A DNA stretch of 61,819 nt, the filler included, from Dimorphilus gyrociliatus (Eukaryota > Animalia > Annelida), in NCBI GenBank assembly GCA_904063045.1. It is 4 parts of 4 records of this genome, joined end to end, with 100 filler letters (N's around TTAATTAATTAA, not from the genome) between each part and the next. Parts side by side here need not be neighbours in the genome. Positions count along the whole stretch, not along the records: positions 18,459 to 50,221 come from CAJFCJ010000132.1; 3 more parts are not named here. One strand, given 5' to 3'. Every line of letters begins with the position of its first letter. The stretch's first letter is position 1. Shown in pieces: positions 36,050-46,673 of this stretch. The notes under the pieces are model-generated. The model made no database searches and was not told where the DNA came from. It was given only the letters and a program-made list of their open reading frames with translations. Position numbers and translations under genes: made by a program.

Positions 36050-37941
36050 TTAGTTAAGAAGGTCATTTTCAGAATCATCCATAGCTTTGTATAGATATTC
36101 TGATATTTTAAAGAGTTCTAAAATTTGATCAACATTTATCAGCCAACATTCTTCTTTCTTTCTTTCCACACTTTGCCCCTTTATTAAGTTGTTATCAACA
36201 TCAATTGAAATAGACTTTGATCCTATTTTCCCATCTGATTGGACTTCTGAGTAAAAATTAAATTTCTTTTCCCCAATATCATCAATAAGTCCATCCATTT
36301 CTTTATAATCTTCAGGTGAAAGTTTAAAACTTACATCCAAGTGAATTTCAGATAAAGAGTGGATAGACTTTTGTATTTGAAATAAATTTCCTGGATATAC
36401 TAAAGATTTTATAAAGATATGATAGGACTTAGTAGAGTTATCATCCTATTCCTCTGCACAAATGCTCTATATAACATTCTTGAGAGCTGGTTAAAGGTTT
36501 CTTGTAAGTTGATGAAATTTCTATCAACTGATTTTAGAAATGCTGCTGTTCTTACTGCATCCTTAATATTTATGTGTTCTTTCATGCGCCCTTGTTCCAC
36601 TTTGGTGATTTTTATTTTCATCTCTTTTTCTTCTTCTGATTTTGCAACTCTTTCTAGTAGGAGATATCCTAATTTTCTTTTAGTCAACTTAAACTGCTTC
36701 CCTTGAGGTCCTTAAAACCAAACATCTATTTTTGGCAACAATTTTTCTTCAACAAATTTGTGGGTAACTTTGTACTCATCTTTTCTTGACTCCTTTGCAA
36801 TGGGCAAGGTTACTTTCTTTAACATTTTTCCAATATATACGTTTTGTATACTCCATACATTTGGTGCTATAGGTTGCTTTAATTGGTATGTTCTGACTAC
36901 AGCATGACCAGGGATTTTAATCATCATATGATATGCTTTATCTCCTTCCCTATACCAATCTCTAAATGTTGGTATACTTTTGTGGTCTTTCTGAAGAGCA
37001 TTCCTTAGCATTAAACTCTTTGACTGGTACTTTTTCAAATAAACTACTTCCTCTTCTGATGCCAGCTTGAATACTGCATTCTTTAGCATTTCATCATCTT
37101 GGTACCCAGATGTTGATAAATCTGTTCTCAGAAGTTGGTTTTCTTCAATAGGAACCAGAACTCTTGTACCTGGCCCTCCAAATCCTTCTATGAAACTATC
37201 TTTATAGTATTTATCCATAATGGTATATTCATGACAGGAGTAATATCCTGCAAACTTTATACATGATATCCTTCTTGAAATCACTCTCCATGGTGATTCT
37301 TGTCCCATGATTCTATTATCTTTTAACAATTGGAGGATAATAACTGAATTTATAGTTCTGCAAAATCTTTGTTGGACTGGACAATCTTCAACAAAATCAA
37401 GATCTGTTATTACATAGTTTTGATAAGGTAACCAGTATGCTTTTCCAACTTGTATAATTGTAGTATATTCTATAACTAAAGTTGTTGATGGGTATTTATA
37501 GGCTGTTCCTTTCCTTTCATTATAAGTCCAAATATTTCCTTTGTTATAAAGCTTCTGCCCAGAGTAAGCTTTCTTCTCTTGATACATCTTTCTGCATTCT
37601 TCTTCTGACAATGTAACAATGAATTTTTCAACTCTGTGCTTCTTTGAACCAAAAAAATAATAAGTGTAGAAGTTCTCTCTCTTCCTCACCATGCATTTTA
37701 CTGCTTCAACCTCTAAATCAGCTGTGTTTATTTCGTAGACATTGGCTAATATTTTGGTCACAGGTTGGTTGTATACTTGACATTCAGGTTGATCTGCTAA
37801 ATCAAATGCTTGCTGTACTTGCTGTCCATTGCAGTATTGAATAGGAGGTACAAATTCTAAAGTGATGTTAGCACCAGTTATGAATTGGTTTGCCATTGCC
37901 AATGGTAGTAGCATAAATATCATCATGATAAGAGGTATTAT
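36050..37941 (-). pseudogene. env: Envelope-like glycoprotein ORF (class III fusogen-like N-terminal half), in frame with integrase
   Basis: Signal-like IIPLIMMIFMLLPLAMA (37941-37891), then C...AVKC...YYFFGSK...LSEEECRKM...W...YKYPST...ITDL...C....CRTINSVII. In-frame TAA at 36714-36712, continuation to 36409, then a frameshift into 36050..36340. Confidence 0.6.
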
Positions 37942-38025
37942 CTCTTTGATTGGAAATAACCTTGATGGTTTTCTCCTATTTTCTGTATCAACATGATTAA
38001 CTGTCTCATCTCTTGCTTGGTTATT

Positions 38026-38841
38026 AGCCAATCTTAATCTTGTTGCATGATAATATTTTCTTTTGCCATCTTCCAATTCCACTTCATACAAACATTTGGT
38101 TGCATCTGCAGCTGTTATCTTATATGGTCCATTCCATTTAAAGCTTGGTATCCTTTCCATACTTCTGTGAATATCTTCTCTCCTAATATGTACCCAATCA
38201 TCAACACTATCAGTTGGAGGTTTTCTGGTCAGGCTTTTGTTAATTCTATCCCTGTATTCCTTCTTCTTTATTACTGATTTACATAATGCAGTTGTCCTTA
38301 ATTCATCCATGTCTTGCTTTCTATCAAACAAGAATTTGGTTGTTGGCTCAATTCTTGCAATTGTTAGCAATGTATCCAACATGTTTCAATTTCTAAGCCC
38401 ATAAAGTAATTCATGAGGGGTTTTTCCTGTACTTCCAACTGGAATTTGGTTGAGGCAGCTTTGAATAATTGATAACTGCTTCACCCAATTAGTATACCCT
38501 TCTATTACCAGTAACTTATGTAGTGCTCTTCTTACTTCCAAGTTTCTTCTTTCTACTATGCCATTGCTTTGGCTATGAAAGGCTGTAGTTTTGATTTTCC
38601 TTACACCCAGGGATGTGACAAGCTCAAAAAATGTCTCGCTTAGGAAGTTTCTTCCTTGATCAGTTAACACTTCCTCTGGTAAACCAAAATTAGGAAAATA
38701 GTCATAAAACAAGTGTTTTAGTATCTCTTCTGAAGTTTGTCCCTTAAGAGGATATAGGTTTGTAAATCTTGACATGTGATCTACAATAACCAAAATGTGC
38801 TTGAATGTGTTATGTCCATTAAGAGGTCCAATAATATTCTT
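38026..38841 (-). pseudogene. pol: Ty3/gypsy integrase core + GPY/F C-terminal domain (N-terminus missing)
   Basis: (N)IIGPL...HILVIVDHMSRF...LTDQGRNF...HSQSNGIVERRN...TPHELLYG; KWNGPYKI. First catalytic D position reads N. In-frame TGA at 38388-38386. Confidence 0.9.
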
Positions 38842-39412
38842 CACTTATGAACTATAGTTTATAGATATTTTATAAATGATACTTACTATATGGTAGAAGT
38901 TTTGAAGTAGATGTTGCCTCTAGGATAGATGGTACCCAACTGCCAGAATCAACCCCTTTTATAGGCAAAGGATAAGAAGTTACATAACAAACATGTTGAC
39001 AACAACAACAAGTGTTTATTTACATAAATATGATGTAAGAATTGACCCTTGATGGGTAATCTATACAAAGTTGTTCTTGTTTACATCACTATTGGATAAT
39101 ATGATAACCCTCGACCCTGTTTGTTGTGAACAATCCTTATCTGGGGTTAGACCCTTGTTGTTGACAGCCAAGGCATAAACAATTGATAAGGAATTGTATA
39201 AAAACAGGGCATAGGCAGTAACAGGCATTCAGTCCTGAATCAACTCCCTTAGTGAACAGGTCTAGTATTACTTTAGAATACAGTTATATTATTCTTACGG
39301 TTTGGTTCTATATTCATCCTTCATCAATTGTACATCTCTCTTCTAAGTGGCTTACTCCTGGTTCAGTTCTATTTGGACCAGTACTTACCTACAACCTCAG
39401 CAGGAAAGTACA
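38842..39412 (+). mobile_element. 5' LTR lacking its first 4 nt (TGTA)
   Basis: Begins CACTTATGA and ends AAAGTACA. TATAAAA at 39197, TCAGTC at 39229, followed by the PBS. Confidence 0.92.
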
Positions 39413-39416
39413 AACT

Positions 39417-39436
39417 TGGCGCAGTTGACAGGATTC
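39417..39436 (+). promoter_or_regulatory. Primer-binding site, tRNA-Ser-like
   Basis: TGGCGCAGTTGACAGGATTC 4 nt after the LTR end. Resembles the TGGCGCAG-type PBS complementary to tRNA-Ser 3' ends. Confidence 0.7.
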
Positions 39437-39456
39437 TCATCTTTTTTTTTTGAAAA

Positions 39457-39894
39457 ATGGCTAGTGCTGGAAGTGATCCCTTTACTAGTAGAGCAAGTAA
39501 AGATGAAAAGAAAATCAGTGAGTATATGCTGAAATTGGAAGAATATATGGAGAAAATAAAGAATTTTGGTGGAGCTGTTGATGGTGAATCCTTTATTGCA
39601 AAACATGTGCAGTCTGGTTCATTAACTCTTCCTGAAAACTCTTCTATGTATGGAAGTTCAAGTAGCCACAAATTGCAATCTGGTAGTTCAAGTGAACCAA
39701 TGTCTCAAGAAAGGAATAGGGGACAGAGGACAACAGAACAGTTGGTAATGAGAATCACTGAATTGGAACATACCATGGCAAATTTACTTTTGGATGCTGG
39801 TGAAAGGCCAAATACTACATTGTTGAAACCATATTCTGGAAGAGAGGACACCTGGAATTTTAAAAGGAATTTCAGAACAGCTGACAAAAAGTAG
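39457..39894 (+). pseudogene. gag: gag N-terminal fragment
   Basis: First ORF after the PBS, with a coiled-coil-like segment and a KPYSGRED motif. The rest of gag and the protease are absent. Confidence 0.6.
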
Positions 39895-39901
39895 TGCAGG
39901 A

Positions 39902-41383
39902 TTGGACTTTGCAACAAAAACTGCATCCCTCCCTTTTTTCATATGGAATGGTAAAGATGCAAAAGAAGAATTACATGTGAAATCCTTTCATGGAGCTGGA
40001 GGAAGAACAGAAGAAAAAAAGAAAAAAAGAGGCAAGAAGAAATTTGCTGTTAGAATGATCAGAAATGAAAAGAATTCAGACAAGGCAGTGGAATTAACCA
40101 GAAGTGAAAAAGAAAGAAGAAAGTTGATGACTATTGTTGAAGAATTTGAAGAGATTATGGCTAAAGATCAAACAGATATTGGCACACCTGATGTACCACC
40201 TCTCTCAATTGATCTTTGTGAAGAAGCCACCCCATTCAAGCAAAGACCATACAGATTACCTCCAGTGAAAATGGATGAATGTAAAAAGCAAGTTAATGAT
40301 TTAGTGAACAGTGGAATTATTAGAATAAGTAAAAGTGAATGAGCATCTCCTATTCTGTTTGTACAAAAGAAAGAAGGAATGCAAAAACTTTGTGTTGATT
40401 ACAGAAAACTCAACAAGCAGACTAAGAAAAACAGGTATCCACTCCCTCATCAAGAAGATTTATTTGATCAGCTAGGAGGAGAAAATAAATATTTCTCTGT
40501 ACTTGACCTCACAAGTGCTTATCACCACATCAAAATTAAAGAAGATAGAGAGAAAACAGCATTTATAACACCATTTGGCCTCTTTGAGTTTAATAGAATG
40601 CCATTTGGGTTAGCAAATGCCCCACCTCACTTCAGCTATGTTACGGCAACATTTGTTTTAAATGGAATGGATAAATTCTGCCTCAATTATATGGATGATA
40701 TTATCATATTTACCAACACTCTAGAGGAGCATAAAGTAGCTTTGACAAAAGTGCTGGAACAAATCAAGAGAAAAGATTTTAGAATCAAGCTGAGCAAATG
40801 TAACTTTCTTCAGGAATCAATTCAATTCCTTGGACAAAGAATAAGTAAAGATGGAATTGCTACCGATCCAGAGAAAATTGCTAGGATCAAAGAAGCAAAC
40901 AAACCTGTATTTGTAAATACATTACTCAGTTTTGTTGCATTTTGTGGATATTATAGAAGGTTTATTAAAGACTTTGCAAGAATTACCAAACCTCTATGAA
41001 ATTTGATTAAGGAACATGGTAAAAACAGTAAACTCAACTGGACTAAGGAAGCAGAAGAAGCCTTTGATACCCTCAAGAGAGCGATGATAACACCTCAAAT
41101 CCTACAGCTACCTGATTATAACAAACCTTTCTACCTTACCACTGATGCATCTGACTTTGCAGTTGGAGCTATCTTAGAGCAAGAAACTGTTGGAGCTGAT
41201 GGAAAGAAAACCAAGAGACCAGTTTCATTTGCATCAAAATTACTTATCAATTCACAGCTCAAGTATGCTACATATCAAAAAGAAGCTTTTGCTGTTTATT
41301 GGGCAACACAGAAGTTTTCACATTACCTAAGATACAAGAAGTTCTTCTTATATACTGACCACCAAAGTTTGGTTCAAACATTT
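39902..41383 (+). pseudogene. pol: Ty3/gypsy reverse transcriptase + RNase H
   Basis: PFKQRPYRLP, *ASPILFVQKK, LCVDYRKLN, FNRMPFGLANAP, YMDD (40688), TDASDFAVGAILEQ, YATYQKEAFAV, YTDHQSL. Stops at 40340 and 40997 in a single frame. Confidence 0.95.
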
Positions 41384-42029
41384 TGTACACATTCAGGTGG
41401 TTATTGTAAACCATATTCATGTGCTTACCTACAAGTATGCACAGTCTATAGAGTACCTCCAAATTACTACATTCCATTCACCTATGGAAAAGAAATATCA
41501 AAATAGTATTTAACAATACTCTGCCTGCCTAGTGTACAACACACCCTATTTTTATACTATTTAAAGGTAGTTGTAGAATATACTTACAACTAAATTTAAA
41601 TTCTAGTTTTTATTAATTTGCACATCATATTTAATGATCACTAATTGTATCTTACACTATTTCATATATATTTGAAGTGTGTAGTTCAACAAGTATTGTA
41701 AGCACAATACTATTGTAGATGGTCAAGTGAAATTAACCTTACTCTGCCAATGACTTATACTCAAATATTTTACTTTTGACAAACAATTATTATTAATAAT
41801 TTGTGGTATTTAAAAACAGCATTATGATGACCTCTGTCTATTTTTGTGTGTTGGAACCAATCCAACATTTACCAAAAATTGTTACATCTTATGCAATTTT
41901 CTGACCTATTGACAACAGTTTTCCTTAACAAAGCAAAGTTAACAAATATGGAACCATATTTGAACTTTCCTTTTATCCATAATGATACATTTGTTTTGTG
42001 TAGATATTTTTATCTGTGAACTGTCAACT

Positions 42030-42335
42030 TTTGGAAAAGTATATAAAGCCTATGAATTTATCAGTAGGCAGTTCAGTTTTCTAACAGCTAACTTTGTGTT
42101 AAAACTTGCTTGTTTAGAACTAGAAACTCATTTACTCAATGAATACTCTTTGAATGAAATACTGGTGTTTTGTTGGTAAATTTCTTGTAAAGTTTCATTT
42201 GTTGAGACAACTTGTGGACAAACTTGAAAGTTCTATTTGGACCAGCACTTTGGTACATTGGTAAATGATTGGTGAGGACGAATTCGAATTTGATAAGCTC
42301 GAGATTCCTACAATTACAATACAACAAAGCACAGC
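42030..42335 (+). repeat. Dispersed repeat module B
   Basis: Matches ~30960-31260 and 56820-57110. Confidence 0.8.
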
Positions 42336-42530
42336 AACTTATACATGTACATCTTAAAACCTACGCAAGAAAATGCTATAACATTGGCCAAACATAAGTC
42401 TGATTAGTCAGCTTCAAGGCTCATCTTTAATTACCAATAAAGGTTTGACCAAGTTATAATTCAATTAACCTTCCTAAATATTGAACCTTGTTACATCCTG
42501 TTACTAAAGATAAATATGAACTACACATTT
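42335..42530. repeat. Dispersed repeat, inverted partner of 15105-15335
   Basis: Reverse-complement match. Confidence 0.8.
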
Positions 42531-42539
42531 CAGCAACTG

Positions 42540-43720
42540 TAAAGTGATGATTGGATGTCAGAGGTAAACCTCAAAGTATATAAATCCTCACTATTCTTAT
42601 TCTGCATGCAGTTTCCATCTGGATCCAAGGACCTGGGAAGATAACCTGGAAACAACCTCGACTGGAACCATCCATCTACTCCTCAACATAGGAAGACAGT
42701 TTGGTAATTTGGCAACCTGCTATTACAAACTATCTACTCTGCTATTGAACTCTCATATTTGTTCACTTAGATATAGTGATATATCAATACTTAGACTTTA
42801 GATGTAAGGATACATTAGAAAGACTTATATTTTATAGGAATTAGACTGGTGCAACTATAGAAATACTTATATTTCGTAGGAATTATAGTGGTGGAACTTT
42901 AGAAAGACTTTTATTTCATAGAGTTAGCTTTTAGTACTTTAGAAAGAACTCTATTTCATAAGAAATAGACTCTTTGACTGCAACAGATGGTGGCTACTTG
43001 GGAATTAACAAAGGAATAAAGAACATCGAAAAGATGCAGGTCAAACACCAGATGCTGATGAGGCAGGCCTGTTTGCTGTGGCACATGTTTGGCATGTTGC
43101 CCTAATCTTAGGACTATATTTTATATGTGTGATATAACAGTCTTTCATATTTTTGTTACATGAGAATTATGAGACTGTCAGATTTCAACTTTGTAATCCT
43201 TTGACCACTTGAACCCAAGCTTTGGAAAATGTATAAAAGGAAATGCATTTCCTCAGCTTGTCAGTTCAGTTCTTTAACCATTAACTGGTTGTTTAAACTT
43301 ACTTGTTTAGAACTAGAAACTCATTTACTCAATACATATTCTTTGGAAGAAATACTGGTATTTTGTTGAATTATTTCTACCAAAATTACATTTGTTAAGA
43401 CTATTTGTGGACGAACTTGAAAGGTTCTAATTGGACCAGTACTTTGGTAAATTGATAAATGATTGGAAAGGACGAATACTGTTCTGAAGAAGCAGAAATT
43501 CCTACAATTACAATGCAACAAAGTAGAATATTGTTAGTTGCTTAAGTATTATTATTGCGAATAAAGCATTTTATTTTAAACATTTGTTTAAAAGGTTCGA
43601 GTAGAACCAGTATTGTTATAACTTGCAAACGCATAGATTTTGACAGCAAGAGCAGTACAATAGCAAAGAGAAAATACCTTTTCATCCAAGCTGCAGAATG
43701 TATTGTTAGTGTAATGGTTC
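42540..43720 (+). repeat. Composite LTR-like repeat (modules C-D-B-E)
   Basis: C matches ~44440-44660 and rc 55190-55330. D+B matches 30545-31260. E (contains AATAAA) matches ~44660-44790 and rc 55060-55190. Confidence 0.75.
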
Positions 43721-44429
43721 TGTAAAAAACATTCTCTATACTGTCTGTTGTCTTGTCTTTCTGACTGCAATTACATTTGGTCTGTTTAACACAATACTAT
43801 AGTCAGACTATTTGCACAGTGCACTTTGCAGAGACAATGTAAAAATATTAAAACCTTCCTCATTATTTTATATTTTTTACTTAAAAACACTTTTGCAGTT
43901 TGCATTTGGTAAAGTTGAAAAATAGAACATTTTGCAAAGGTGGAATATATTTAATATATTTTAGACAGTTTTTAATATTTTTTTCTATATAATGGTATTT
44001 TTGTTTTTTGAGAATGACCATACACATTTATTCAATGGAAGAGCTATATTTGAAAAAAAAACAATCCAGAACAAATGACTTGTTTAGCATTAAAAAATAG
44101 AATTTTCCTTGCCAATTTTATTAAAATTTAAATTATTCATAGGCTTAGTAGAAAAACTAAATGAAAATTTCTGTTAATAAAAACAATATGAGAATGGCAA
44201 CTAAACATTTTCTAAAAATATAGATAAAGGAATATCAGGATTTAGACATGAAATGTCCAAAAAGTGACAGAAAATATTCAATAAATGACAAACTACTTTT
44301 AAATATATGTTTTTGAAATAATAAAAGTATATTATAATGAATACTTTTGTAAAAAAAAAATAAATAATCCCTACCATAAACAAATAATGTTGGAAATCTT
44401 CTAAAATGAAAGTAGAAAAGATTAACTTC

Positions 44430-44800
44430 AAAGTGAACTGGAAAGTGATGATTGGATATCAGAGGCAAACTTTAAAGTATATAAATCCTCACTATTTGCA
44501 TTTAAAGCATTCGCATCTGAATCCCTGTACCAAGAGGATCAACTAGAAGCAAACTCTACTGGAGCCAGCTTTTGACTCCTCAATATTGGAAGACAGTTTG
44601 ATAATTTCCCAATCTGCTATTACAAACTATCTATTCTGCTATTGTACTCTCATATTGTCACTTGCTTCAGTATTCTTATTTCAAATAAACCATTTAATGG
44701 AAACATTTATTAAAAGATTTGAGTAGAACCAGTACTGTTGTGATTTGCAAATGCATAAATTGGCCAAGCTAGAGCAGTATAATATTCATGAATGGTAGGA
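44430..44800 (+). repeat. LTR-like repeat (modules C+E)
   Basis: TATAAAT, later AAATAAAC. Matches ~42540-42760 and 43530-43660. Confidence 0.7.
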
Positions 44801-44974
44801 TAACTGCTAAAAAAACCACCTTTGGCAAGAAAATATATAAAAATATATATAAAAATGTAATTTCTATGAAAAAATATCATTCAAACAAACAAACATTTAA
44901 TATCTTATTATATTAAATATTTTTCCAATATAAACTATTTGCTTGGCAGTTGAGTGAAGAAGAAGAAGAGAAAG

Positions 44975-45350
44975 ATGATATTTTTTATTATCCTTCTAAT
45001 TTCTGTTCAATCGTCCATTGAATTTCGAATATTTAATGGAAAATTTTCAAATTTATATCCGGAATATGCAAATTTTCATTTAAATGGTTATTCAAGAAGC
45101 CTATTGGATTGTATAAAAGATATTTTATCCAATCAGGATTTACCTACAATGGTATTTCTAATTTTCGATGAATTTTCCTGTCAATTTTCAACAAATTCAA
45201 TGCTTGTCAATAATTTCGATAATCCAACAAATTTTTCGTCATTACCGAATTCAAACTAGTCAAAAAGATAATTGTAATGAACTATCGAGTACTCAATTAC
45301 CGGAAGTGACAAACATTCCAAATTTAACAGTATCGAAAGAGTATGAATAG
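44975..45350 (+). CDS. Signal peptide + PAN/apple-like exon, possibly 5' exon of the C1q gene
   Basis: MIFFIILLISVQSS; SLLDC...FDEFSCQFS. Splice phase to 46663 could not be reconciled. Confidence 0.35.
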
Positions 45351-46673
45351 AATGGTGTTCAATTAATAATTGTCGATCAATTATTAAATCATTGGGATTA
45401 GGTCTTGGGATTAGGGTTAGGAAATTTTTTGTCAAAAAGCTGTTACAGGAGATGAAACATGGGTATTCTATCATGAACCATTTAGTGTGACCCTAAAATA
45501 TATTTCAAACGTAATAGACCTTAAGGAGTCATTGGTTCTGAACATAGAGAGGAGGACGAAACTGTGGTAGGTCAACTAGGTAGAGAATTATGTTCTTACT
45601 GCTTAGAGATAGAGATAGATAGAGTGATCAATACTGAGATTGATGATTGGCATGAACACAGACCAATGTTTGAATTCCAATTTAAATCTATAGTTTCTAT
45701 TATAGAACATTTCTTGAGTAGTATTTTAATCTTATCATATTGTTTCTTATAATCCAAATTACAATACAGGCAGTAGGTTAAAGATCATTAGACATTTAAT
45801 TTTAAAGATTTAACATCCTATAAAGCTCACTTCCGGTTAATAATGAAACGTTGAATGCGGTGTGAGTACTTATGTGGCAATATATGATAAATGGTTGAAA
45901 GGGGAAAAAGTTGGACAGTAAGTAAGAATATTCCTAATAAAGTAAATTGTCGTAATCTTAACATTTTTATCAATTTGAAGAGTTGAAAAGTTGGGATAAG
46001 TCATTTGTACTGACAAGTATGATACCAGTTTTTAATCTAAGATAGACTGGCTATGATTAAGGTACAGGGCTTGGTTAGGTCTAAAGTGTTACAGTTAGGG
46101 TATGTTACTTTGTTCTATTGTAAAATTGTAAATTAGATGATAATAACAATAAAACTAATAAAGATAGATTTAACTACTCGTCTTGTGTTTTTGTTGAAAA
46201 CTGGTAAATCTTAATGAAGAATTTTTCAAGTAGTCCAAATAGCCTTATCTATTCCCATCTCGTTATAGATTTTGTATGATTGGCATTAAATCATAGATAA
46301 GAAAAATGTCTGTCATATATTGTCCTACAATTTGTTTTTGTTGTTATCCTATATTGAGTACTTGTAACAAGATAAATTTTTGAATCTGTTGTTTATAAAA
46401 AGTTTAAAATATCGCACATTCTGCATAGTAAAATAGTGAAACAACTTGAACTTTTAAAGATTGCAAATATCATCAAAAACAAAAAAAAAAAAAAAAAAAG
46501 TACAGTATAAAAGCAACAGAGTTGTTTCAATTCTATATGAGAAACGGCGTTACCAAACAAAATAGAATGAAGTTTGTCACAATTACTTTATTATGTAAGT
46601 TTGAATATTCAATTCTTTATTTTTTTTTCAAATATCTAAAAAACAATTTTTTTTCTATACAGTAATTTCATTT

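Noticed and set aside
32937-39412. DIRS-like element or large DNA transposon suggested by the long inverted repeats
   Set aside because: The repeats have TG..CA ends and a PBS, and the element has a DDE integrase with a GPY motif and no tyrosine recombinase. It is a rearranged gypsy element.
38386-40999. APOBEC-like G-to-A hypermutation (TGG to TGA at 40340, GAT to AAT at the integrase Asp)
   Set aside because: Too few informative sites and no ancestral consensus for comparison.
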